This document shows positions 22,703 through 34,321 of a stretch of 64,000 nucleotides of DNA, piece by piece. The notes below the pieces were generated by a model. That model saw only the letters and a list, made by a program, of their open reading frames with translations. It had not been told where the DNA came from and did not search any database. The DNA comes from Octopus sinensis (lineage: Eukaryota): the NCBI RefSeq assembly GCF_006345805.1, contig NC_042997.1, positions 193,378,001 to 193,442,000 on the forward strand, written 5' to 3'. Position 1 is the first letter of the stretch. Each line of letters starts with the position of its first letter. The position numbers were made by a program, and so were the translations under genes.

Positions 22703-23295
22703 TTCTTTACTACCCACAAGGGGCTAAACACAGAGAGGACAGACAGATGGATTAAGTCGATTACATTGACCCCAGTGTGTAACTGGTCCTTAATTTATCG
22801 ACCCCGAAAGGATGAAAGGCAAAGTTGACCTTGGTGGAATTTGAACTCAGAACGCAGCGGCGGACGAAATACCACAAAGCATTTCGCCCAGCGTGCTAAC
22901 GGTTCTGCCAGCTCGCCGCCTAATCTGGTGTGAGTTAATAATTAAATAGTATCTTGAATTTTTTTCTATTGCTTCACAAAACTGGTAAGGGAGGTTATTT
23001 ATTTTTATTTTATTTTATCTAGTTTCAGCTCACGAGCTGTGGCCATGCTGGGGCACCACCATTTAAAAATCAGACCTATTTCTTTATTGCCCACAGGGGG
23101 CTAAACAGAGAGGACAGACAAGCGGATTAAGTCGATTATATCGACCCCAGTGCATAACTGGTACTTAATTTATTGACCCCGAAAGGATTAAAGGCAAAGT
23201 CGACCTCAGCGGAATTTGAACTCAGAACGTAAAAACAGACGAAATACAGCAACGCATTTCGCCCGGTGTGCTAACGTTTCTGCCAGCTCGCCGCT
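22703..23295 (-). mobile_element. Two SINE B copies (about 22703-22920 and 23077-23295)
   Basis: Same head, core and tail as 1215-1460. Confidence 0.8.
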
Positions 23296-23559
23296 TGTAT
23301 TTGATCTTTTTACCATATGGAATTATGAAGCAAACAGTTTTGCTAGGACATACCTTGTTATTATGGTAATTAGCTTTAAAGTCCTCAATGTACCTTTATA
23401 ATGAAAAAAAAAGTCTTAACGGTTATCTCCCTTATGCTGCAGAAATACATTACTTGATTTGATATTGTTAATCAAAATAAAATTGTTAATATACCTATAA
23501 ACTTAGATATGTTTCGACCAGAGATTGGTCCAGGCCATGTCTAACTTAATAGCACCACC

Positions 23560-23835
23560 TGATAGGATTATTCGAATCCTGTTTAAGTCAAGTTTTGTTC
23601 AAGTAGTGAGTTCTTGTTGGGTGAGTTGTATCCAGTTTTGTTCAAGTAGTGAGTTGTATCCAATTATGGGTGGCTCATCTGGTATTCTTTGAAGGAATCT
23701 ATCCAGACTCTGTTTAAAGTTGATGGGATCCTTTTCCTCTTTGATCTCCCTCGGGACAATGTTAAATAGGGCAGGGCCTGTTGAGGAAAAGAAATTATGT
23801 TGCAGTGTACATGTATGTTGTGATCTTGAATTTGG
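23560..23835 (-). mobile_element. LINE ORF2 C-terminal fragment
   Basis: FFSSTGPALFNIVPREIK..FKQSLDRFLQRIPDEP..GYNSLL, a common LINE ORF2 end pattern. Clade not assigned. Confidence 0.65.
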
Positions 23836-23889
23836 CAACGGATTAAGTCGATTATATTGACCCCAGTGCATAACTGGTACTTAATTTAT

Positions 23890-24850
23890 TATTGAAAAGC
23901 CAACGGGTACCCTATATCCATTGTAAATCGGCTTAAGTACCCAAGTCAACCAACATGCTGAAAACACAGAAAACCCAGCAACACATACTTCCTTAAAATA
24001 CCCCATTTTAGCGAGAAGGTAACTACAGCCATAAGAAGAGAAGGACTAGATATATAACTAGCCCACTCCGGCCCCTCTCTGAGAAGACACCTCGCAAAGA
24101 AGCGAGTAAGGAACAGCAATTAATGCTAACTAGCAAACTGTCCTAATCTTGAGACAGATTTATGCCAACGGGTAAATATGTAAAAAATGCAACAAGTTCT
24201 AAATGGGTAGCACAAGACCGTTACACATTCGCATCAAAGAACATTAGAGCACGAGAGCCTTCTCCTTCAGGAAACATCTAGACAGATGCCGGAACTCTCT
24301 TACTCTCTCTCTCTTTACTCTTTTACTTGTTTCAGTCATTTGACTGTGGCCATGCTGCAGCACCACCTTTAGTCGAGCAAATCGACCCCAGGATTTATTC
24401 TTTGTAAGCTTAGTACTTATTCTATCAGTCTCTTCTGCCGAACCACTGAGTTACGGTGACGTAAACACACCAGCATTGGTTGTCAAGCGATGTTGGGGGG
24501 GACAAACTCAGACACACAAACATACACACACACACACATATATGTACACATATACAGCAGGCATCTTTCAGTTTCCCTCTACCAAATTCACTCACAAAGC
24601 TTTGGTCGGCCCGAGGCTATAGTAGAAGACACTTGCCGAAGGTGCTATGCAGTGGGACTGAACCCAGAACTATGTGATTCGTAAACAAGCTACTTACTAC
24701 ACAGCCACTCCTACACCAACAAAAGCATAACAATTACAAATTAGGCCAATGAAAGAAATTGTGGGTGATCTAAGAATTAAGGAAGCTTTCCTCATACACA
24801 GACTAGAGCCCCAAATTAACAAGAGGCTGAAGGCTGGCAGTCAGTATATT
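23890..24850 (+). mobile_element. Penelope-like fragment interrupted by SINE A (about 24306-24712, minus)
   Basis: KANGYP..IPHFSEK..CKKCNKF*MGSTRPLHIRIKEH before the SINE; LRIKEAFLIHRLEPQINK after it (GIY-YIG C-terminus). Confidence 0.75.
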
Positions 24851-25700
24851 ATTTAGGTACTTCTAGATGCGTGTAGGTTCATTTTTGATAACATGCTCAC
24901 GTATTATATGAAAAAAGAAAAAAGAGTAGCCAACTGGCTTCCGTCCCAGTGGCACATAAAAGGGCACCATTCGAGCGTGATCGTTACCAACATCGCCTTA
25001 CTGGCACCTGTGCTGGTGGCATTTGTAAAAAGATTCGAGCGAGGTCGTTGCCAGTACTGCCTGACTGGCCCCCGTGCCGGTGGCACATAAAAGGCACCCA
25101 CTACACTCTCAGAGTGGTTGGCGTTAGGAAAGGCATCCAGCTGCAGAAACACTGCCAGATCAAGATTGGAGCCTGGTGCAGCCATCTGGTTCGCCAGTCC
25201 TCAGTCAAAATCGTCCAACCCATGCTAGCATGGAAAGCGGACGTTAAACGATGATGATGAAGGAGAAAAATAGGAAACTGCACGTATAATACATAACTTA
25301 GAAGCAGCTCTACGGATGTGCCAGTACACACGAGCTTGAGACATGGCTGCCCTCATGCACTTCTCATGAGGAATTCCGGAAGGAGCTTCGTGAGACCACT
25401 GCAGGGATGCTTCCGAAAAAAAAAAAGACAGTGGGAAAATCGATCATAGCAGTGACTCGATCAATTCCTAGGGATATCTGATGAAAGAATTTTTATATTC
25501 CGAAATATTATATCAGACTATGGATGATTAAATGACACCAGTTATCATAGTCCGTTGTTGTTATTATAGTGCATTGTTGTGACATTCAAGGCTCATTATT
25601 TTATACATATATATATGTATGTGTGTGCATACACGTATATATATATATGTATGTATGTATATGCCTTTTTTTATTCTCCCTCTGTTTATGTTCTTGTGTT

Positions 25701-25738
25701 CCTTTCTGTTGAAGAGCGTAGGCTCGAAACGTAAAAGA
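25701..25738 (+). ncRNA. Penelope-type minimal hammerhead ribozyme motif (variant core)
   Basis: CTTT | CTGTTGA A | GAGC-GTAG-GCTC | GAAA C GTA | AAAG: stem I, core, stem II, palindromic stem III and a GUA site. Core A6 is T. Confidence 0.6.
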
Positions 25739-25829
25739 CTTTCTCACCTTCCCGAGCGTTAATCTAATACATCTGTTTGTTGTTTACGCATCCGTCTTCT
25801 TCTTTTGTTTTTTTTTTTGTAAATTCCAA

Positions 25830-25869
<40 letters not shown>

Positions 25870-25885
25870 GCATATATACATATAT

Positions 25886-25959
<74 letters not shown>

Positions 25960-26930
25960 GTGTATCTACTCGCTGTATAACCCGGCCTTGCCTGGGATTA
26001 AGTTACGGTTATTAAGCTAATCAAATCCTTCATTTCAAACCAAATTAAGTAATATCGACGTCAAATTTGGGCGAAATCCGTTGAAATTGGTTATATTATA
26101 TATATATTATCATGTGATCACGTGACCGACCAGACCATCAGATGTAGTTATACATCGCTGGTCACAATGCGTTCGCATTGTTTTAGCCTTCGAATGACGC
26201 CATCCCGCTGGCTAAGTGAGCAGGCCGATATATATTATATATATGTATTATATATATTCATCATCATCGTTTAACGTCTGTTCTCCATGCTAGCATGGGT
26301 TGGACGGTTCGACCGGGAATCTGGGAAGCCAGAAGGCTGCACCAGGCTCCAGTCTGATCTGGCAGTGTTTCTACAGCTGGATGCCCTTTCTAACGCCGTT
26401 ATATATTATATATAATATAATATAAATATATATGGGCAACAGACCCGAACACACATACACACACGTACGTGTGTAAGTACACTTATTGCATGTTTTGTGC
26501 ATGCATACATGTTCATAAACAGAATTGAATGGAAAAAATGTTATTAAATTTGTAGATTAACGCTCGCATGATTTTCACTAAGAAAAAAATCTTTTTTTTT
26601 TCTTGGAATCAACTACTCTGGCATCCTAATATGCTACAAAACCCTTTTTGTGGTCCATGAAACGGAGTGGGGTGTGGTGGAAGCCTCGGAAATTGTTACT
26701 CATCTCTCTGTTTCTTTGTTGTTAAATACATGGATTCTCAACAAAACACTTTTTTACCTGGCGTAAAATAAAAACAAAACTCTTTCGCACCCAAAGTAAT
26801 GTGTGTGAGAGATAGAGGGGGAGAAAGATGAACGATTTAAAATAAATATATTGTAATTGTTGTGTGAGAAAGTATATATACTATGATTATAAAATATAGT
26901 GTCTTTCAAAAACATCTTGAATTTGAACAC

Positions 26931-27352
26931 TAGTTAGTTAGTTAGTTAGTTAATTTTTGGCTCAAAAGCAAATAGCAAGGCCATGTAGGGGGACATGGAG
27001 TTAAGTACAGGGTGGTGTTCATGTAAAGAGTTCAGGCCACTTGAGGTCAAGAGAGACTTTGAACAAAGTGGTCGTCGGCATCTTCACCATCTCGTCTGGC
27101 AGCTTGTTTCACGGATCCGCAACCCGGACAGAGAAAGCTCCTCTCCTTCGATTGAGATGAAATCGTCGCAGGTAGAGCTTTTCGGAATGACCCCGCAGCC
27201 GACGCTCTGGAGCAGGAGTGAAGAACAGCTCTTTCGAGAGGTTACACCTTCCGTTTATGATGTTGTGAGCGAGAATGAGATCACCATGGCAGCGGCGTTT
27301 TTCTAGAGAATAAAGGTCGAGCGTCTTCAGCCTTTCTTCATAAGACAAATTT
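26931..27352 (-). mobile_element. CR1-clade LINE 3' fragment (second family) with (CTAA)n tail
   Basis: SYEERLKTLDLYSLEKRR..GDLI..LRGHSEKL..RRGAFSVRV; (TAGT)n at 26931-26950. Confidence 0.88.
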
Positions 27353-28216
27353 TTGAGACCATGAACTATATCTCGTGTTTAAGAAAAAAACAAAACATTT
27401 TGCATTTTATTTTTTATGAACGTCGTCACTTAAACTCTCTCACTTTGTCTTTCCCGTAAAACTCTCTGCCTCCTTCTTCCACTTTTCTTTATCTTATTTT
27501 TTTTTTGTTAGACGCTATCAAAAAGCTATGGTTGATTTTTATGAACGTTGTCCCTTACTCTCTCTCTCTCACTTTGTCTTTCCCTTGAAACTCTCTGCCC
27601 CTCTTCCACTTTTCTTTATCTTATTTTTTTTTTGTTAGATGCCATCAAAAAGCTATGGCTGAAAATAGATTTTACCACTATCCGCGGGTGCCTCGAGGAA
27701 AAAAATAAGTTGACAAAACCCCGGTAGGGTGTTGACAAATGTCCTCCTAAAATTGGAGCGACATGCGTGCTAATTTGTGGACGTACATAAATTACAATCA
27801 CGTACACACACACATCATGCCTTTTATAGATATGATATATACACACACACGTGTATATACACATTTTAGTAAAACTGCAAAATTATCCCAGACTGTTACA
27901 CATTCTTTTTTATTTGTTTTCAGTGATGTGAATGTGGCCATGCTGGGGCTCCTCTTTATGTGTATATATTCAAAAGTGGGTTCATATTTGTGTATAGCCT
28001 TATTTCTATACATACATAAATATGTGTGTATATATATAAACACATGTACATATACTGTATATAAATATATACACACACAAAGAGAGTGTGTTGATGAATG
28101 TTACAACACTGATTGTTAGTCTGTAGAATGCAATATATGTGATGCAGGTTTGATTCCCGAGTAAACCATTTTACAATAATAATAATAAGATCGAAGTTTA
28201 ATATTTCTTAAAATAT

Positions 28217-31200
28217 TTATTTGTCAAAATAAAAAAAAGCAAATGGTTGGCGTCCAGGAATAATTCCAAAAACCATCAAAGAATTTTCTGAAACATCAAA
28301 ACCAAGAACTTCAAAGACTTCATTATCATAATTCCTGAGGATTAAATATTTAGGATTATCTTCAGATATCAGGATTTCATTATCTTCAGATGTTTCCTCT
28401 TCAATATGTTGAGGTATTTCATAAATATTGTTATCTTTATCTGTTATATAAACACATTCACCAATTATAGTTAAATGAGGTCTTGAAATATCATATTCCA
28501 GACCAAAACCTGTTCTTTCTTCTATTCTTATCCTCCTCACCAAAGACTTTTCCCTGAACCATTCCACAAAACACAAATGATCCCAATCTCCAGACTCCTT
28601 CTTGATCTCCCTCCTCAAAACAACAACATCACCAAAAGATGTGACTCCCACATCATGCACTCCTTCATCTGCCTCCAACCTTCCCAATCTCCTCACCTCC
28701 CCGTGACACACTTCATCTTTACATTTCCCATCCTTAATATCAACCACATCCACATAATAAGGGTCAAAGATGTCGGTGTCTTTGCAGTCCTTGTTTTCCC
28801 ATCTTCTTCGGTATTTCTTGTATCTCTCTTCTTGAGTTATGTCTCTAATATAATGACCACCACACACGAGTTGATTGTCGTTGTATTTATAAATCCTCTT
28901 GTAGTATTTCTCAGTTCTGATGGTTTTTAAACGACAGAAATCCCTGTTGAACACCCTCATTTCTCTCCCAAAGGTGACAATGAAACATTCATCTGTCCAC
29001 CGACATATGTCCAGTGGTGGTTGTTGTTGTTGTTCATGTTGAAGTATGTCCACTGTTGTTGTTGTTGTTCTCATTAATGTGACACTTTCTCGAAATATCA
29101 ACACACTCACATTCTCATCTAACTTAATTAGTTTACTACTCTGGTCCCTAATGTCCACATAATCATAATTAACATGTTCCTCGAATGCAGGAATGGAAAA
29201 AGGGACCATTGCTGTCCTATATGGAAGTCTCCTCACTGATATTTCATCAATTCCTGAATTATTAATCTCCGCTATGTAATTACCACATCTCACCTTTAAT
29301 CTACTTTTACTAATTATTTCACCTGATTTACCTCTTCTTCTTCTTCCTCCATCTCCATCTCCATCTCCTCCACTGTATTTCAGTTTATTAATTAATTCAT
29401 TACTGAATATTTCCTTGTTCGTCTCAGATGTAATGGAAGGGAAACGAAGACCAGAATCAAGATTTAATAACGACACAGATTCCAGAATGTTCACTTGGTC
29501 CCCATCAATCTTTATGCAATGACATTCAATCAATTCAGTATGTACACACCAGTAAATACCCCCAACTTTTCTCCATATTACACCATAAGGGATGAGACTT
29601 GGCCAAACTTTAGATGTCTGCAAATCTTCTCCATTCAGTTGAAATATTTCTTTTCTTTTAGGAACCGTGGCCATTATGTGTGATTCTTGTGTAAAACACA
29701 CACCACCAACTAAACTTGCAACATTTCTGTGACATAGCAACTCTCCGTCTTCATCAAATATTTTAACATTTCCATTATTGGCTTTTTCACACGCAACTGT
29801 CTTTCCTTTATCAGAGATATCAAAATCTTTTACTTGAACAGGACATTCGTCTGTTTGTAAACGAGCAACTGGGAAGCTTTCTCGATTCACCATAAACAAC
29901 CCTTCAACATACAATCCTTTCTTTTTTCCCCTCCTAGAGCTTCCAACAAATCTTGGTCCTTTACAGTTTATACTGAAGAAATATACTTCACCTTTATAAA
30001 TTCTTTCATTTAAAAATATTCTCTTGTATTCCCCATTCTGGGTCAAACACAAAATGTTTTGATAATCAGGACAATCTAAATATTTCTCCCACTGACCATG
30101 AATGTACAAAAAACTGTCATCAATTGTCATCCGGTCATCACGAAGTAAGTGCTGCATGTAGTGTCTAACTGAATGTAAATATTGACCATCACTATTTAAG
30201 AAAACGATGAATCTTTCATTTAAGACAATGATGACATCTTCAGCAGTAACATTAATATCCAGGATGGGAGCATAATAATTATTTCCATCTTCTCCTCTCC
30301 CTAATGATGGTTCAGGTATGTGTATTTGTTTTGTTTCCTTCACATTTGAATGTATTTCATCAATATCAACAAAATACAAAAGACTTCTATTTTCGCTTTT
30401 ACTACAAACTAGTTGATTGTTTGATAAAGAAGCCACACATCTATATTCATCTCTTGTCTGGTAAATTACCAACAACAATGGAAATTCCACTTTTAATGTC
30501 AACAGTTGGGATCTATTACCAAAATAATCCCAATTTGTAATAATCAGTGTGTTTGAGTGCCATCGACATATTTTAATAAATCTATAAGCATTCCATTTGA
30601 TTGAATCCACAAGTTGACCATCCAATGTGAATATCTTAATGTTTCCATTCTTCTCGTCCCATCCTGCAATCAGGTTATTTTCTGTAATAACCAAATATTT
30701 AATCCATACTGGTAATTTGTCTTCCAAATTTTGAGGGAGAGGAATATGTCTGGCTTTATCAGAAACTGTCAGGTCTTGTAGATATAAAGTAGAAGACAAC
30801 ATTTCACTGACAGAAATGTTTCTGGAAAATACATCTACCAGATCGATATGATAATTAAGTTGATTATTTATAAATAGATCATTAACCAACAAATTATGAT
30901 CATTTATAGCAAACATACGGCTGTTGTCTATCAGATAAACAAATGTTTGGTCAATAGATCCACTGTAGAGATTTAGGGGATGTTTCACTTGGGACATTAA
31001 AACACTGGGGACCATCTTAATACTATAAAGATGATGACTTACATCACCACCATCAAAAATGAAGAAAGCTTCTGTTTCGTACTCTGAGTCACCGGATACC
31101 ATCTCAATACTACTAATACTACCATCACTACTACTAATACTACTATCACTGCCACCACTTAGTATTGTAAGTATATCACCAGCACTTAGTATTGTACTTA

Positions 31201-33820
31201 GACCACCACCATCTATTGTAGTGTTGTACTGAAAAGCTTTTCCCCTTGTAACAATTAACAGCTTTTGTGTTTCCTTGTCTATTGATAAGGATTTCACAAA
31301 AAAAGGGATTTTAATTCTATGAATTCTTTCAACTTGATTATAATCTTTCCTAATGGCTAAAATATCTAAATATGATGGTTTATCACAATAACAAACAATT
31401 TCACCTTCACCCATCTTACACACCCGTATATAAGGCTGCCTTAATGATACACTTCTCACTGTCTTTGATAGGTTTCCGATGACCCTTAATTGTTTCAGTA
31501 GGGGTAATGTGACACCTATTTGATTAGAATCCCATCGACATATATCTGTAGCTGTAGATGGCAGAGATAATCTAGACACAATGTTTCCTTCATTAGAAAT
31601 GTATAACAAGCAATCATGGTTGATGTCAAACACCACCAACTGTCCATTGGCCAGATTACATATTTCACCAATGACAAGTTTTTTGTCATTCTCCTTTTCT
31701 TTGAGTCGTATATTTAGATTTCTGATATAAGGATTTTTTGTGCGTAAATAACAGCCAGACGACTGGCCTTGATACTTGTAAAGAAGAACCCTGTTGAGTT
31801 GAGTGTCCGGCACATAAACAGTTCCTTGGAAAACAGCAATGTCAGGGTGAACAGGGAAAGGTAGTTTCCATTGCCATTTAATTTCTCCATATATCTCATA
31901 ACATATCAAAATAGAGTGTCTCTTGAAGAGGACATGAAAATAAACATTATCAGAGTAGATGTGATGAGGGTAGCCATAGAATGGAAGGTATTTTTGAAAA
32001 AGTTCTTCACCACATGTGGAATAAAATACCATTTTATTTTCGCTTCCATTTACGACTACAAAATTAATTGGAGTTGCAGCAATGGTGACATTATAATGTC
32101 CCATAGAAATTCTTTCTATAATGTCAACTTTATCTTCGTTGATCAAAAGGATATGGACCTCATTTTTGTTTTCATTGGTGGTCACAGCTAAAAACTTATT
32201 TGATACAATATGACATATTTTCATGTAATCAGTTTGGACCTTTATTAAAGGGCCTTTTCTTAGTTCAGGACAGGTGATATACTGAAATCCTTTAATTTCA
32301 CAATAAAATACCAGGAATCTGTTTGCGTTTATTCTACAAAAGAAAGAAGGAAGCTCAAGGAAAACTAAATTATTTTGGTTAATTATTTCCCCATTATCAG
32401 TGAATAATTTAGCTTCCTTATTTATGTAAATTATTAATATAGAAGATGTAGACATAGGAAGAATATTTGTAATGTTGTAGCAATCCTCAATATAAATATA
32501 GTCTTTTAAACTGGGGGTACGTAGCTGGTGGTTGTATGATAGTTTGGGCCAAAAGTCTTTATTTATTTGAATGGCATGTGGTTTGCCACAATAATCTGTT
32601 ACCAAAATGGTATCTTTACCAACAGAAATAGAGCAGCATTTCCTGCCAATGTCCCTCATTGTTACACCACCTTTAGCCGAAATTTTATAAATAATTTGTC
32701 CCTGGAGGACATAGAAATAGTTTTGGTACTGAGAGATTTTACTTGGGAGGTGCAGAGAATGGGTCTCTACTTCCCATAACTGTTGGCCATCCAGTTTATA
32801 ACAGATTATTCTGTTAATACTGGAAAATGTGATTAAAAGTATATTCTGGACCCCTACAGTAATATCTGTTGGCGTTTCTTTGGTCATGAATTCATATCGA
32901 ATTCTATTATCTTCCCAATCAATTTGGTAAACAGTCTTACCAAACATTTCTACACCTATAAGTGTAGAATGTTCCAAGTAAGCAACCAAATGTAATCCCA
33001 ACTGTATCCTTTTAATCTTGAAAGCTGTGGGGCTGATAATAAGAATCATTTTTTGGAAGGGGAGGGTTGCTAGAACCATGTCTTCACCAATTCTGGTGAA
33101 ACTGGTGACAGAAGATGGACAATGAGCATCATTTCTGTCACCGTTTCTTGTCAGACAACATATTGTCATACAATGGTGGGAATATGTTACTACTCCCTCC
33201 TGTATGACAATAATATTGGATATTATTGTGCTTTTGTCAAATTCTTCCCCAGATTCCTTGATCTTTGCCTCTCTGGTCAGAACTGGCGAAAGAGGCCGAA
33301 ATTTTGTGGTTATTTTTGGTGGCTCAATGGTTTTGTGTTTGTCTTGTAGAATATTTCTCTGTAAATAGTGTTCCAGGAACAATTCTAGCTTTCCAAAAAT
33401 AATAAATTCTTGATTGTAATCGCTTTTTTTAATGTCTTTCATCAAAATTTCTATTCTCTGTGTAAATTCTTTTAGAAAAGTATTTTCATTCATTCCTATA
33501 TTTTTAAAAAAAGTACGTATTTCTTCCCGAGAATTTATCAACAAATTCATTTTGTCTTCATATGCATTGAATCTTGTATAAAATATATGTTTGTCAAAAC
33601 TATTTCGTCTTCGCATTATTTCCCTCTTTTCAGGGTCTCCTTTATGTCTTTTTTGTTTTTTTGTTGGCTCAGATGAAGCTTGTTTCTCTGACATTTCTCT
33701 CCTTGAACTGTCATCTCTCTCATATTTACACCTTTGATGGTCAACTCCTTCTCCATACCATTTTGTTTTTAAGTTACTTAAAGCCCTTTTCTGAGGGGTA
33801 GGTTTTGTTTGGTCTTCCAT
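28217..33820 (-). CDS. 1867-aa protein, single coding exon: basic/helical N-terminus plus about six tandem NHL-like beta-propeller domains
   Basis: 5.6-kb open frame in AT-rich DNA with no transposon motifs. Recurring blade motifs (PTDITVG, HPDIAVF..VYVPDT, TDICRWD, VKDFDISDKG, HDVGVTSFGDVVV). Acceptor TTCATTACAG 7 nt before an ACTATGG start. No signal peptide or TM segment is evident. Domain assignment is by eye. Confidence 0.8.
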   Translation of the reverse strand: MEDQTKPTPQKRALSNLKTKWYGEGVDHQRCKYERDDSSRREMSEKQASSEPTKKQKRHKGDPEKREIMRRRNSFDKHIFYTRFNAYEDKMNLLINSREEIRTFFKNIGMNENTFLKEFTQRIEILMKDIKKSDYNQEFIIFGKLELFLEHYLQRNILQDKHKTIEPPKITTKFRPLSPVLTREAKIKESGEEFDKSTIISNIIVIQEGVVTYSHHCMTICCLTRNGDRNDAHCPSSVTSFTRIGEDMVLATLPFQKMILIISPTAFKIKRIQLGLHLVAYLEHSTLIGVEMFGKTVYQIDWEDNRIRYEFMTKETPTDITVGVQNILLITFSSINRIICYKLDGQQLWEVETHSLHLPSKISQYQNYFYVLQGQIIYKISAKGGVTMRDIGRKCCSISVGKDTILVTDYCGKPHAIQINKDFWPKLSYNHQLRTPSLKDYIYIEDCYNITNILPMSTSSILIIYINKEAKLFTDNGEIINQNNLVFLELPSFFCRINANRFLVFYCEIKGFQYITCPELRKGPLIKVQTDYMKICHIVSNKFLAVTTNENKNEVHILLINEDKVDIIERISMGHYNVTIAATPINFVVVNGSENKMVFYSTCGEELFQKYLPFYGYPHHIYSDNVYFHVLFKRHSILICYEIYGEIKWQWKLPFPVHPDIAVFQGTVYVPDTQLNRVLLYKYQGQSSGCYLRTKNPYIRNLNIRLKEKENDKKLVIGEICNLANGQLVVFDINHDCLLYISNEGNIVSRLSLPSTATDICRWDSNQIGVTLPLLKQLRVIGNLSKTVRSVSLRQPYIRVCKMGEGEIVCYCDKPSYLDILAIRKDYNQVERIHRIKIPFFVKSLSIDKETQKLLIVTRGKAFQYNTTIDGGGLSTILSAGDILTILSGGSDSSISSSDGSISSIEMVSGDSEYETEAFFIFDGGDVSHHLYSIKMVPSVLMSQVKHPLNLYSGSIDQTFVYLIDNSRMFAINDHNLLVNDLFINNQLNYHIDLVDVFSRNISVSEMLSSTLYLQDLTVSDKARHIPLPQNLEDKLPVWIKYLVITENNLIAGWDEKNGNIKIFTLDGQLVDSIKWNAYRFIKICRWHSNTLIITNWDYFGNRSQLLTLKVEFPLLLVIYQTRDEYRCVASLSNNQLVCSKSENRSLLYFVDIDEIHSNVKETKQIHIPEPSLGRGEDGNNYYAPILDINVTAEDVIIVLNERFIVFLNSDGQYLHSVRHYMQHLLRDDRMTIDDSFLYIHGQWEKYLDCPDYQNILCLTQNGEYKRIFLNERIYKGEVYFFSINCKGPRFVGSSRRGKKKGLYVEGLFMVNRESFPVARLQTDECPVQVKDFDISDKGKTVACEKANNGNVKIFDEDGELLCHRNVASLVGGVCFTQESHIMATVPKRKEIFQLNGEDLQTSKVWPSLIPYGVIWRKVGGIYWCVHTELIECHCIKIDGDQVNILESVSLLNLDSGLRFPSITSETNKEIFSNELINKLKYSGGDGDGDGGRRRRGKSGEIISKSRLKVRCGNYIAEINNSGIDEISVRRLPYRTAMVPFSIPAFEEHVNYDYVDIRDQSSKLIKLDENVSVLIFRESVTLMRTTTTTVDILQHEQQQQPPLDICRWTDECFIVTFGREMRVFNRDFCRLKTIRTEKYYKRIYKYNDNQLVCGGHYIRDITQEERYKKYRRRWENKDCKDTDIFDPYYVDVVDIKDGKCKDEVCHGEVRRLGRLEADEGVHDVGVTSFGDVVVLRREIKKESGDWDHLCFVEWFREKSLVRRIRIEERTGFGLEYDISRPHLTIIGECVYITDKDNNIYEIPQHIEEETSEDNEILISEDNPKYLILRNYDNEVFEVLGFDVSENSLMVFGIIPGRQPFAFFYFDK

Positions 33821-34321
33821 AGTGAATCTGTAATGAAATAATGGAAAACATTTAGCTTTGTGAAAATATTAAAGTTTCAGGGAGATGATGTTTACTTCAT
33901 TATTTGAAAAACAAACAAAACATTTATGTATTTCTGTCAGTGAATTAATCTTGTATAATTAATATTTAAACAACTTTCTGTTGTAATAATAATGATTAGA
34001 ATTAAACAACTTATTATAATCTGTTTTAAGATGTATTAATAAGTTTCATTAATTACATGGAGTCTAAATATTAGCAATAATTATATTCACTGGAAATGAT
34101 ATTTGCTCTCAACATCACAAAGTAATAATCATGTGTGGTTTAAATTTATTTAACGATAATTAGTCAAAGAGATTCCCCTGCTCCAAAAGTACTCAATAAT
34201 GAGACACTCTATGCTGTAGAGAAAATTAACTTTAATTGGTATACATGCTATATTATGTCCCAACACACAGCAATCATGTTCAAACTTTGTTAACATGGAA
34301 CAATTAGCAAAACATAGACTT

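Noticed and set aside
23500-23550. Possible minus-strand hammerhead (GACC..GGTC GAAAC)
   Set aside because: The CUGANGA core and the cleavage triplet are missing; too degenerate to call.
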